From NCBI GenBank assembly GCA_028023455.1, contig JAQFVV010000006.1:13454001-13518000 (forward strand): DNA of 64,000 nt. Reading direction: 5' to 3'. The translations under genes and the position numbers were made by a program. This stretch comes from Epiperipatus broadwayi. Taxonomy: Eukaryota; Animalia; Onychophora. Positions within the stretch are counted from its first letter, which is position 1. Every line of letters starts with the position of its first letter. Shown piece by piece: positions 38,522-51,199 of the stretch. The notes beneath the pieces are model-generated. The model was not told the DNA's origin and searched no databases. It saw only the letters and a program-made list of their open reading frames with translations.

Positions 38522-41379
38522 CTTTAACTAGTGGTAAAGAATTGACCAACAAAATTAAGCTTAAGGATAATTTATATAATTAAATATTTATTATTGCAAA
38601 GTTTAAACTACTTTTATAAAACTCAATTAAATTAGACAGTAATAATTATATATAATGACTACGCATACAATAAAATATAGCTAACATGAAGCATTAATAT
38701 TTACATTTCAAACACGCACATCAACAGTTGTTTATGCATGCTATAGAGTTTATTATTTGACTCTAGGAGGCTTCAAACTATTGCAATGGCTACTTTAGTT
38801 AGAAATGGAAATACGAAAAATGTTATTTATTATCTAGGATTTGAACGTGGACTTCTTGCCGATTGTTACGTCAATTGAATATCGTTCCAACCGGTTGGAT
38901 GTGAGATTTTCTTGAAGAGGTTTAATGCTTATTATTCAGTGGCACTATTCTTGGGGACAGTTAAATATTCTTGGCGATTTATCAAGCTGTTAGGAAGGCA
39001 TCACTTTACCGGATAAGTTGCTGATCTTATTAGACTAAGGGCTGAAACAAGGTCGTATGTTCCTAAAAGCTGCTCAGCACTGCATGGTCTCTGGTTCTGA
39101 ATACATAATAGATTGACCGATTGCAATCTGAACTGAAATGTTATCTGAACTGATTGTTTGATGAAAAAACTGGACTTATTAGGATGACCTGTTGTCATTT
39201 TGATGTCCGCCAGCTATCTCTGTTGTCCAAATTCCTTCATTGTTTTTAAATGCATTCCTTTGTTAAGCTTTCGATTACGTGTTTTCATTTGGTAGCCATT
39301 GCAAACTTGTTGTTTTTGTAGATTTTTAATTAGTAGCCACTGCATGTTTTGTTTTTACATTTTAACTAATATATCATTTTTTAATATTTAACACGCGCAT
39401 ATTTACCTTATCAACATGCACACATTTATTTTATTAACAAGCTCACATTTTGCTATGTTTAAAATCCACTCGTCATTGACGCACATATATATTTCTAAAA
39501 ATCAAGTTTTAGTTTTTAAGATTTTCTTTTTCTTTAACTTAAATAAAAAGAGATTTATATTTTAAACTTTTAGCTTCAACCTTTTCTTTCTTTCCTTTTT
39601 TTTTCTTTAATATTTTAAACGAAAGAGAGAGATTTATTCTTGAACTGTCATAACTTTTCATTTTTATTTACTTTCTTATTAATTGCCGAGTGAATCTTCC
39701 TCCCCCCTTCTAATTAATTACTTGTACTTTTATTTCAAACTACTAATAATAGAAAAAACAAAACTTTTTAGATTTTTATAAACTTATTTATTGATTTATT
39801 AATAAAGTTTAAAACTTTCGCGTTATTTACGAGAATTTTATTTTTAATAATTTTTTACGAACGCTCAATAGCGATACAATATATATAATTCGATATGATA
39901 ATGATTGCGCCAATTTTGCTAATTAGAATACAATCTATAAAAAGTTTATAATGCAATCTCTAATGTCTTAATCATTAATATTAAAAAAAAAAACCTCTGG
40001 TTTCATTTTTCAAGACAATGATGCAAGAATATTTGGCACGAGACATTAAGCAGATTGAGAAAGAGAATGAATTACAAATATCATGGCAGCTTCTTTATAT
40101 TTAGGTAAAAAAGCGACCTTGGACAGTGAGGTGCAGTCCAGGTCATGATATTTTAATGATACATTATAGTTCTATTTCCAACTGTTTTATGAGAAATAGC
40201 TCTATTCCAAAACCTTGCCAACTTTGGGTGCATGCAAGATTCATCCAATCGTCTTAAATCTTTGCATTTCACTACATTAAACGTTTTCTCCCCTTAAAAC
40301 TATATGTGCTGAAAAAAAAATTATTTCCCATTTTTCTAAGCATAATTTATAAAACAAATCACAATTTTTCCAAGATATTTTTTTTCTGTCATAGCTTTAA
40401 CAAATTCAACTGAAATCTTACAAATTACTTGCATATTGCCAGTCTAAATTTCAGTTATAGAGATAATTTGTTCTGTTTCATTAAGTAATATAACCAAATT
40501 AGAGATAAAAAGACTACACCTATCTGAATTTCAATTAGAGAGAATGCTTATTCTTTGAATTTAAGTGGCTTTACAAAATAATATAATATGTAGGATATAT
40601 GAGCATAGACTTTCACACAACCCACCATGCTCCACTCTATCTCATAACACTGACACACTTGAACACATATATGTTGAAAAGATAAACAATCACCAATATA
40701 CTTATTTCATGCTAAACCAGCAATCATCAGTTGGTCCAGATTATCATCTCTACACATATATGCAATAAGTGCTCAGATATATATTAAGATAGCCAATCTT
40801 CATACTTTAATGGACAGGCTTCAATCCACTCCACATTCCAACTCTTAAACCGTCCTTCCAATTGAAAATCTGATGATGGAATGCTCAAAGGCCATCCTGA
40901 GGCCGAGATTCTCGTCACACCCATTTTGACCTAGTCAATCTGACCCCTCATGTACAGGACATAATCCATTTAATACATATTTCCAATTCTCTCATCCAAG
41001 TTTTCACTTTCAATCTTTGTTACTCTTAATATATATCTTTCATATACTTCATCGTGTCATCTGACGTTATATTAAATCTTCAAGTCAGAGATCCTTAATT
41101 AAGTAAAAACTACAACAAAAACCTTCCTTTCCAAACATGTAGGCATATTTCTTTTTAATGCTATGTTGTTTCTAACAAAAGCACTCCAGGTTTAGTTCTA
41201 TGATTCATAATCTGACTAAGATATTTAGTGTTGTTAACTTCTAATTCACGGTTATCCACTGTAACAGTATAACCTTTTTGGTATTTATCTTTAGACCTGT
41301 CTTATTCCGTTCATTAGATAATTCCGGCAACATTTCCTGAATATCTAAAGCATAATTTGCAAAAACAACTGCATCACTT

Positions 41380-42050
41380 GAAAAATCAAGTATGATTTAA
41401 ATAATTTCCATATTTTTATTCCCCAACTTTTCTATTTTATTCAACTTAATAGAAAATATCAGACAGATAATTCAAGTTTATGACCCAACAAATTCTCATT
41501 TTGATGAAGAAGTAGATTTTTAAAGGGACTTACAAAAGGCTTTTGATCAGGCCAAACATTTTAAACTTGACATGGGTGACTTTAATGCTAGAATTGATAA
41601 ACGATTAAAAGATGAAAATGCTATAGGTAAATTTGGTTACGATGGCAGAAATGAGATAGAACACAGATTTCTGGAGTCTGCAGAAAAAGAAAAACTGCAA
41701 CTATAAATTCTTTGAGAAAAATACTAAATGGAAACGAAAGCATCCAAATGAAGGCACAGCAGAATTGGATTATATCAATTAACAGAAAAGATGTATTTCA
41801 AAATTGTAAGGTTTTTAATAAATTCAATAAAGGAAATGATCATCAATTAGTGAGATGTAAGTCATGTGTTAATACGAAACTAAAGACAAAAATTGTTAAG
41901 AAAATCAGTATTTACAGATGATATTCCTAATCTTCGGATATATTCCAATAAATTTAAATTAGAACTTGCAAATCGTTCTAAAATATTAACAGATTTTAAA
42001 GATGATTCAGATTTGAACAAAATCAATAGGGATCCCTGATACACTATTAA
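41380..42050 (+). mobile_element. RTE-type LINE, degenerate AP endonuclease region
   Basis: IIQVYDPT...MGDFNARI...IGKFGY..RN...ELDYI...NDHQLVRCK with stops and frameshifts. Confidence 0.75.
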
Positions 42051-42069
42051 AAACTACAGCAAAGTTAAC

Positions 42070-42238
42070 TAAGCATCACATGATCATCATTTCTTATGCT
42101 TACTCAAGCCGTTTTCACAGAGGCAAAACTCTCCATACAGTAGCGCCACTCAGTGCAAACCAGCGTAATCAACGGATGCCAGAAGGCTAATGGGCATAAA
42201 ATCCCTATCTAGTGCCTACTCATCCAATATCCCCAGAC
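42070..42238 (-). mobile_element. Family 1 copy F, truncated at the hammerhead cleavage site
   Basis: Homology runs from catcacatgatc to ccccagac and stops; minus-strand start is GTC|TGGGG. Confidence 0.75.
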
Positions 42239-42840
42239 AAGACGATATATGAAGAAATGAAGGAATATGAAAAAGTATAATAATCCATTAAGAATTGAAT
42301 ATCTACTTTTGTAAAACTACACAAAAAGTTAATAACGATGTAAGTTCAAGAAGTTGCATATTTATAGATTAAATTGTAGTAAATGTTAGATTTTTAAAAC
42401 TAATAATTACAGTAAGGTTATAACCACTGTTTCAACATCCAGAGAGCCATAAATACAACTTGTGAAAAATATAAATATTTGTAAAGAAAAAAAATTAAAT
42501 TTTTATTAATTTTCTATTTCATATTGTAATGGTTTTGCGCTGAGAATGATCATAAAACTTCATGTTCTACTGCAAATGTCTGCTGTTATCCGGAAAAATA
42601 CATTTTGGTTACAATTACGGGCAATTTAATATGGCTTAGATATCTTTTGCATTTTATCAATATCGATTTTATTAAAACAAGTAAACCTTTTTTTTTGATA
42701 TTGCACTTAATTTTTTTAATTAATATTCTTAATGTAAATATTAACATGCATGCTTCTACTTATTTTCTTTTCAAATTTAATTCGGTTTTTATTAATTGTA
42801 CTTTATTTTTAGTTAACTATTTTTGTTTACGTCTTAATTT

Positions 42841-43237
42841 GTAATATTTACCGAGGCTGTAACCTCGAGAAAATGCGTGTAAAATGCGATAGTAGGTACC
42901 TCTACAGGTGTTTAACCACAAGCTTACGCTATGGAAGAAAAGAGGGAACCCTTCTTTACTTCAATCTACTTTCTACTTAAATAGGTGAAGCTGAAGCGGT
43001 TAGATCTGCGAGCGTGAAGCTATTCAATACTTCACTGATCAAGTCCACATTTCTTATTACACATTAATACTAGCGAAATCTTTCGATTTACGAGTCAATG
43101 GAAAGATTTTATAGTGAGAAATCTATTTCAATAATTTAAAGCTTGTAATTCTAAATTTATTAAATGCACATTGATTATGTAAGTAATATTTACCGAGGCT
43201 GAAACCTCGAGAATATGTGTGTAAAATGCGATAGTAG
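42841..43237. repeat. 56-bp direct repeats flanking a spacer of about 285 bp
   Basis: gtaatatttaccgaggctg.aacctcgaga..atg.gtgtaaaatgcgatagtagg at 42841 and 43182. Confidence 0.75.
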
Positions 43238-44499
43238 GGACTTATATAAGTAAATATACCCATATATGGATTGCAAATTACAAACTACTGCAGTGTAGTC
43301 AATTTTTTTTTTATAAATAATTTTTGTTGTCTTAATAATCTATATGTAAATTTTAAGCTAGCATACTATATGTTTATTTATATATCAGCAATCGAACTCC
43401 GTAAGGAAAAAACAAATGGAAAAGCTAACAATAGTACACTAGAAATGGGTTTTGCAATAGCTATATAAATCTATCTGCAAAACACAACACACATTGAACA
43501 TAGATCCATTAATTATTTGAAATTTTACCATACTGATCTTTTAACTTGTGTAATATCCAACCATATCTAATTACAGTTCTTCTTTGTATTCCATCCTCAG
43601 CCATTCTTCTTAACGAAAGTGATTAATATTACCTTTCTTTAGTGTCCGAGATATTTATAATGTAAATGATGTCAGTCTTTTCCACAAAAGCCATATCCAA
43701 ATTCACTATAAAATGCTTTTTAAAGAAGTCTTGTTTTTTTCATTCATTATACACATCCAATCCCAACAAAAACGTTTAATACTTCCAGATTTACATTATC
43801 TACTCTTGTATAAGCATTATTTAATTAATAAGTATTCTGAAAATTATAGCAGCACTTTAAAAATAAGCTTTTTGTGATAAAGGTTATTGTCTTTAATATT
43901 AATCTGCGAATTTCACGAAGCCCCATTGACTTTCAAACTGTAACATTCATATGTAGGTCATTTTTTAATCTTTAGTTACTTTCTCCACACTATTTTTCTA
44001 TTAATTTCATTCTAATTTACAGTATTTAAACTAATCAAAAACAGTATAAAACATTTAAATGTCATCACATTCCAAAACATACAATAGGAAAAATTGAGGG
44101 AAGGGGGTCTATTCGTTACAAATATCAAACTTATTGTGTTTTAGCAATGAACTTAGAAAGTGTTTAAAAAATAAAAAAAAGATAATAATCATTCACTTAT
44201 TAGCAGAAAATCTTGATTTTTTTTATAAATGTTTGATTATGCTAATAAAGTATAACTACATTAAGAAAGGTATTATGACTTTTAGTTTACAATTGATGGT
44301 TATATGCAATTTGTGAGAAAAGAGTCCTAATTCTGATATTATTTTAAAACGCTCTATACTATTCAAATTTATATTTATTTACTCTGTATTTTCTATCTTG
44401 AAAGCTAAACAATGTACATTAAAGCAAAGAAAACTTGGAATTTTATTAATCTGGTTTGTACATGGAAAAAATTTGGACTTCCCTTAAGAAAATCTAGAG

Positions 44500-44932
44500 C
44501 AGAGGTGTCCAATCTGCAGCTGTGGCCTAACGCAAAATTATAAACATTTAAAACACAAGAGATTTTTTTGTGATTACGTCGCAATATGATTAAAACAAAA
44601 CATACATACATACTCGAATGCAATGTCAAGTATCTCATTAGTTTTGGTTTCTTCTTATTTTTTAAAAAATATATATATAAAAAAGCACCAATGATGTTTT
44701 ACTACTTAAAAATGTACAATTTCTATTATGAGACTCTCCAAATGGATAGCTGCATAATTAGGATTATTATTTAAGGTCTTTTTTGCTCATCTGTGGAGGA
44801 TATGACAAAAATTATGTATGGACCTTTTTTTTGCTTATCAGTTTTTGGTAATGTTAGCATAATGAATGCATGGCCCAAGACGATTCTTCTTTTTCCAATG
44901 TGATCCAGTCACCAAAAGTTTGGACACCCCTG
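44500..44932 (-). mobile_element. hAT-Charlie MITE, MER30-like, opposite orientation
   Basis: cagaggtgtccaatctgc... and ...ggcccaagacgattcttctttttccaatgtg...ttggacacccctg, reverse-complement homologue of 32785-33178. Confidence 0.7.
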
Positions 44933-45830
44933 CTCTGCAGCAAAGGTAAATATAAAAAGAAAATCACACTAATCCAATTCACAATGAGAAAGTCCTCAGA
45001 TCTTCACTAATTTACAGTCATCAGTCCATATGATGCATGTTCCTACTCATATAAGAGCTTCATATTGATACTAATGCTAATTGTCAAAAGTATATCTCGA
45101 TAGTAACATGAATATGCTTGGCCCCTGCAATGAAAGTTGCTTGCACCTCGACTAATAATTATTTTGAAATCTTTCTTCTGAAAAATTATTCCCTATGCTC
45201 ATAAAAAATTCAATAGTATAGCAGTATTTTTGCACAGCAGTTTTGATCTGGCTTAAGAAACTAACTGCAATCACAACTGGATATACCCAAGAACGCACTA
45301 TATCAAATCAAATCAAATCAAATCATCAATTCTAGAGCTAAAACCAAAAACTGTGGGGTAAAAATATTATACAAAATCTATTGTCTATTAACAAAGATTA
45401 TGAATTTTAAAGATTGCGAAAATTTATAAATTACCGGATGTGGTTTAAATTACAGTTTTTTAAATACTTTACAATTATAGTACTGTTAGTATCATGTAAA
45501 ATGGTATAAGAATGTTGTTTTATCGCAAACTGCAAATAACATTTCAAAAAATATCTATTAAATATGGATAGCAAATAATAATATGACTAGCTTGCAAAAA
45601 GATAATCATATTTAATCATTTTGTGCTCAAAAATAGACTCAACATTTTGTGTAACAAATAAAATAAGTAATAATACTTGCAATTTATCTCCCAGGTCTAA
45701 TTAAACTTATGTTCATGACATTTTTAGCATATTAATAATAGTAAAATCTAAAAAATACTAATAAAACATATAATTTCACAAAATAGAAAAGTTAGTAAAA
45801 AAAAAAAAATAAATTTTTTTAACATCTTAC

Positions 45831-45981
45831 TTTTCGCTATTAAAGGTCCTTGTTAAAATGACATCGGCTTCATCAAATTTGATTTCAAACCCAGGAATAG
45901 AAGGGATTTGGCCAGGACTCTTTTGTAGGCCACGTTCTGCTTGTATTTCTTCTTGCAAAAAATCTGATAATTCTTTATCTC
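45831..45981 (-). CDS. C1QBP: C1QBP exon 2
   Basis: Acceptor tttcag|GA, donor AA|gtaaga; 151 nt; (G)DKELSDFLQEEIQAERGLQKSPGQIPSIPGFEIKFDEADVILTRTFNSE(K), matching the p32 motif GDKAFVDFLSDEIKEE. Confidence 0.95.
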
Positions 45982-46107
45982 CTGAAATTTATAAATAGCA
46001 TTTTAATACACGATTTACTTTTTTTTTTTTCCATACATAACAATAATTTGAATACAATTTCTACACCTTACTTCAGTTTTTAGCAAAAAAATTATTGTAT
46101 ATATATA

Positions 46108-46206
46108 TAGGCAAACAATCTGATGTTTCGACTGTCCTGCAGTCTTCCTCATAGCCACTTTAAATTATAGAAGTAGCTCTGAGGAAGCAGGACAGTCAAA
46201 ATGTCA
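46108..46206. ncRNA. Inverted pair of degenerate hammerhead ribozymes (family 3) in C1QBP intron 1
   Basis: Minus arm AUGAGGA A GACUG-CAGGA-CAGUC GAAAC AUC; plus arm CUGAGGA AG---CAGGA-CAGUC AAAAU GUC; combined consensus CUGAGGAAGACUGCAGGACAGUCGAAACGUC; 14-bp TSD attgtat(a/c)tatata (46094-46107, 46207-46220). Confidence 0.7.
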
Positions 46207-46845
46207 ATTGTATCTATATACATACAATAAATTTTCTTTTGCTCGAAAGTGAAGTAAAAAGTAGAAATTCTATTCATATTAACTATTATAAGAAAATAAA
46301 GTAGATTTAATGACATTTGTGTTAATAATTTGATTGGTTGCTTTGAAAATTCATGGTCCCTTTTGCGAAGTGGCAGATTAAGCCAGCAATTCCATTCCAT
46401 CGGTTAAGATTTTAACAATTGGGAATCAATTCAGAAGGCTTTAGCTCTTTATTCTGCCATTTTACCATAAGACTGTTGTTTTAATCATTAAAAACAATAT
46501 AAACCAATTATAAACTAGAATTATAAAGTAATCCCCCCTTACCCACAAAGTTACCATCCATAGTTGGCAAAAACGAATATAATAATTGGAAATTCGTAAA
46601 TTTGGATATATGACTACCAATATAAGCATCACAAATTCTCATCTACTTCCTTTTCTCATGGAGTCATATGACAACTACCAAAGTGAGTTAGAATTCAGCC
46701 ATCTGCTTGAATTATTGGATAAAATTTTTAAAATAGCCCAAAATGCAAAGTTAACATTACTGCCATGAAATATTTTATGTGAGAAAATGAAGTTGTATTT
46801 GACATTGGCTAGATATTTAAGAAACATATTTGCAGAAAAGTGCAT

Positions 46846-46975
46846 ATGCGGATGTGAATATGTTTTCTGAATTATAACTCTTTTTTCATTATATTTTTGT
46901 TGATGTTTGCGGATGTGAATATGTTTTCTGAATTATAACTCTCTTTTTTCATAATTATATTTTTGTTGATGTTTT
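46846..46975. repeat. Tandem duplication of about 60 bp
   Basis: tgcggatgtgaatatgttttctgaattataactc...gttgatgttt twice. Confidence 0.85.
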
Positions 46976-47059
46976 AACATATATAAGTTTTATAATTGTA
47001 TGGTATCAGAGGTATATGAACATTTGTTAAACATATATATATATATGACCTAGAAACAT

Positions 47060-47180
47060 GCAAGATGATGGATGAAGTAAAGAAATGTACTGGGTTACAT
47101 GGAAAAGAGGCTAGAGATCAGAGATGGATTGAACTTGGAGAACATCTTGCAGTGGATCGATAATGGTTGAAAATTATGAT
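47060..47180 (+). mobile_element. RTE-type LINE short 3' fragment
   Basis: gatggatggatgaa-like start...gatggattgaacttggaga...tgcagtggatcgataatggttga matches 55310-55430. Confidence 0.65.
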
Positions 47181-48227
47181 AATATAAAAGTATAGCTATT
47201 ATCAAGAGTTTCAAACATCCGTGCAAAAGCTTACAATAAAACAATGATTGTTAAGACTACTATAATTAACAGATAACCTCAGAAACACAAAATTAAAAAA
47301 AAAATTATGTATCTTGCCTAATTTTAACTTTAACAAAAAACTTAAAATTATCCATACTATATAAAAAAAAAAAAGACCTTAGTTTAAAACTATCTCTCCA
47401 AGTTTTCTGAATTATTTTATTTACTGAAGTCATTTCTTAACTACATTTAAAGAAATGCTAGTTGCCATTATTTCTCGGTAGTATTATCAATATTTGTAGT
47501 TTTACTACAGTGGATGAAAAACTGGTTTTTAATAACTAAAATTTTAATGAAATATCCCATCAAATAATCCATATTTTCATTAACAAGTTTTATTTCCTTA
47601 ACCAAATTATACATGTATAATTACTCCATATTTCAAACATATGGCATGTGATCATTAAGAGTTTACAATACTTACATATAAATAAAATCTTATAAATCCA
47701 TTTATATGTTATGTAGGAAAATATGACATTTCAGTTATATAAAAAAAAATTTAGAATATAAACCCTGATAACTGTATAACTAAAAAGTTAAGACATAAAT
47801 AATTTAAGGAATGAAGAGATTTTGAAACTGATGTATTATTATGAAATACGTACTATCTTAGTGGATCAAATTAAAAATGAATGAAAATTTAAATGAGTCT
47901 TGCTTAGACTTTTCTTAATCAGTTCAACACACTAGTATCATCAGAAATCACAGGCTTCCAGATCTATTCTTAGTAAGAACGCTGGCGAACATATTCTGTT
48001 CACGTTAAGAAATTTAAAATTCATAAATTTACTTATGTTAGAGTAATCATACCACCTATTAAACACAAATTTTATTTATCCAATATTCTATCAAAACTCA
48101 TTTATATTTAATCCAATTCTTTATACAGTGTATTTTGCCGATTATTTCTGGAAGTGAAATTACTTAGCTTGTAATTTGAAAATATATTTAAGAATGTACA
48201 AGAATAATGGAAAATTAAAGTTTAGGT

Positions 48228-48682
48228 CAGGGGTCCCCAACCTTTTTGCACTTAAGAGCACATTCCATAATACCGACCAGGTGGCGGGCACCATTTATTT
48301 TTTCAGCTAGGTGGCGGGCACAATTTATTTTTTATCTGGACATAATTGCTGAGATATTCTTGACTTACGTTCACGGAGAAGCCACAGTTCATCACATTAC
48401 ATGTAAATTTATAGTTGGATATTGCTAATAATGTACAAAAAAATATTTATTTCAAAAATTAAATTTTAACATATAATTGACGTTTATATTTTTACGCTGT
48501 AAAAGTATAGTATGCCCTACAATTTGATTACAATATAATACAATAATTCATAAAAAAAATTCAAAAATTAAATTTATTTGTATCAGATAAATAATTTTTT
48601 ATCGTGTTCGGATAGCGGCGGGCACACATAAAATGGTCTGCGGGCGCCATGGTGCCCGCGGGCATAGGGTTGGGGACCCCTG
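48228..48682. mobile_element. hAT MITE copy 2
   Basis: Nearly identical to copy 1; TSD gtttaggt / atttaggt (7/8). Confidence 0.92.
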
Positions 48683-48701
48683 ATTTAGGTAATGGTCACT
48701 A

Positions 48702-48746
48702 TAGGCAAAACTCTATACGTGCATCATGTTATGTTTATTGGCTTAA
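48702..48746. mobile_element. Family 1 minimal inverted copy H
   Basis: taggcaaaactctatacgtg joined to catcatgttatgttt; near-TSD aatggtca(c/t)ta at 48691-48701 and 48747-48757. Confidence 0.5.
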
Positions 48747-49373
48747 AATGGTCATTACATTTTTTTTTTTTAAATTAACAAGTGTCATAAGTTTAATAAT
48801 ATAATAAAGGGTAAATGTTTGACGTTTATTAAGTAATATAATTATGGGAATATCTGATTATTTATTGGAAGTTGAAGCCAGTAGCGTGAAATATATTTTA
48901 CATATTCAGTACCCTAATGTCTTAACTTCTTTAAAAAATCAATAATTAATATCAGATATCTGAATTAACTCTATACCTCACGAATTTGTTACTATTTTCT
49001 TATGCTATAATAGTAATTAAAAGGTCCGCAATGCAAATTATAAATAAAAAAATACTACCAGTCAAGCCCAAACCTTACTAGTGACCAAGTTATAAACGTA
49101 ATGACAAACTTGAAATTTTACACGATCTTAGGATTTCATAAGTTTTAAAAATAATCTTAGAATTGAATAAAAAATTTATTAAGAAAATAGTTGACAGCAT
49201 AACACCAAGAAAACGATTTATGCTAAAAATCTCAAAGTTTTTAAGTAAAAAAGTTATAATTGGAGCCGGGGCAGCCATGATCCAGAGCTTAAACATGTAA
49301 TAAAACGTAAAAATACGATATCTAAGAATACATTTAGAAAAATATATCTGCATTTAATTCTTATACATTTTAC

Positions 49374-49614
49374 CTTTTGTTTGAACTGAACGATACTGGG
49401 GTATATTTGAAATATTAAATGGTTTATAAACTGATGAAAAGTAACCCGACGGTGAAGACAAACACGCAGTTGACCTTACGCAATTATTTGTGCACTCTTT
49501 TAAGGTTTTTAATGCAAATAGACTACTAGACCTGTTAAAAACTTTTCCATAGTTTGTGCTACTAAAAGCTCTTAAAAGAGCGGACTTTGTCGACTTTACA
49601 ACGGATAAAGCCAT
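49374..49614 (-). CDS. C1QBP: C1QBP/p32 (MAM33 family) exon 1, mitochondrial presequence
   Basis: ATG at 49614; MALSVVKSTKSALLRAFSS...QYRSVQTK, rich in R/K/S and nearly free of acidic residues, as in a mitochondrial targeting peptide; donor AAAG|gtaaaa, phase 1; 241 nt. Confidence 0.93.
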
Positions 49615-49927
49615 GATGAAACCTCTTAATTAAAGAGAGCTTTTACGAAAATGAACCACGTGTTTTGGGGAATTCTGGGTAATATTTTTGCAGCAAATAA
49701 TAAACAAATTAATGATTATGATTAATTAATAATTTTATTACGAAAAGTCAAAACAATTAAAGAATAATCGTGCTGTATTTTTGATACTTATTTGGAGTCA
49801 AATAACTTAAAATTAATTTACGAAATTTAGGCAGAAAAACTCTCAGCAGGTGGCGCTAATCATATCATGTGATCTATGGCCCTCGTTGCGGATCCAATAC
49901 AAACAACTGTATTGACTGGAACCTAAA
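49615..49927. promoter_or_regulatory. Bidirectional promoter region
   Basis: 313 bp between two divergent ATGs; contains CACGTG (49655-49660), TCATGTGA (49865-49872) and CTCF-like TCAGCAGGTGGCGCT (49843-49857). Confidence 0.6.
49876..49926 (+). other. Upstream ORF (16 aa) ending 1 nt before the main ATG
   Basis: ATG GCC CTC...ACC TAA (MALVADPIQTTVLTGT*), then A, then ATG at 49928. Whether it is inside the transcript is unknown. Confidence 0.45.
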
Positions 49928-49999
49928 ATGGAATGTGCTACTGTTGCAGCGTGTATTGAAGACTTAGAAGCTCTCGACGATGAATATAAAAAGTTCGAG
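49928..49999 (+). CDS. First coding exon of divergent gene, probably TMEM120 family
   Basis: aaaATGG start, MECATVAACIEDLEALDDEYKKFE then GAG|gtaaaa (phase 0). The C-x3-L-x2-L-x3-Y-x3-E| spacing matches the TMEM120 N-terminus as I recall it (CLRDWEDLQQDFQNIQ). No downstream TMEM120-like exon was found in the window. Confidence 0.5.
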
Positions 50000-50787
50000 G
50001 TAAAATTTTTGCTGCTGTAAATTAGTATAGCAAAAATTATGAATGTTGAAATTATAAATATTTTTTTTTTTGCTTTTAGACATTTTAAAGTAATTTTAAT
50101 TGATGACATTGAAAATGTATGTTGCAGTTTTTTAACTACAAATTTTTACTAGTAGCGATCATTTATTATTTTTGTATTACTATAATTTTATGTTTCGATA
50201 TTTAAAGAATTTATTTTCACTATAAGTATTTAGTCTCTTGTTAATTGTCTGTTACAAATAAAAATACTTGCAACTCGATGTTCCTTTTTAAATCTCTTTG
50301 TGTGTGTTATGAATTTAATTTTTAAAAAAACTCTAATCCACCGATTTTATATTCTTAATATAGATAATTATAAACAATTAATTAATTTTGTACTTTGTAG
50401 TAATTATACGAACGATATAAATTTTATTAAAATTATTTGATCGGTTAATGGTTGCTTTGCTGGTATAATGTGTTTAAACAACCGGTAAAAAAAAATTATT
50501 CTGGCTCCGTGAACACTTAACAGGATAATATTTTTTGCTTGGAAAGGTGTTCATTTATTCAACCCAGGTAATTTCTAATAGATTGCAATCCTGTAATTGT
50601 CCCTTAGTGCTTTTTAGAGATAAATTTCTTAAAATTACTATTGTTATTTTAATTTTTACGATCTTATCCGTAGTTAAGATATGTTTAGATAAACATTTCT
50701 AACAATCGTCCAATGACCTGTATAGATTCAGAAAAATTAGGAGAGCAGAACAAAAGTGGATGGTAACAATTATTTTAAGAGCTAGAT

Positions 50788-51120
50788 GAAGTAATAATAA
50801 TGTTTTGCCTATCATTCTTTAATTCTGTCAAAAATTGACTATAGTTTTTTGTTTATCTTTCTTTAAAATAAATGAAAAAAAAAACTAATAAAATGATTAA
50901 ATTACAATAAAATATGAATTAAAATTATAGCTGTCAATTTTTATAAAACAAGAAAGAAAATTTATACTATTAGTTTAGGAAAATTATTTAAGCATGCCTA
51001 AATTTTTTTTAATATGTGTGTTTTCTTGAAGTAATAATGTTTTACCTATCAGTCTTTAATTCTGGCAAAAGTTGACAATAGTTTTTTTATCTTTCTTTAA
51101 AATAAATGGAAAAAAAAAGA
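50788..51120. repeat. Dispersed direct duplication of about 85 bp
   Basis: gaagtaataatgtttt.cctatca.tctttaattctg.caaaa.ttgac.atag at about 50788 and 51029. Confidence 0.7.
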
Positions 51121-51199
51121 AAAACCAATAAATAATACGAGTTGTGAATTAACTCCAAACACGCATGTATATATGTGATATGGAAACGTCATTTCCGTT

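Noticed and set aside
40870-40915. Hammerhead at CTGATGATGG...CC GAGA
   Set aside because: No coherent helix II or III and no GAAA.
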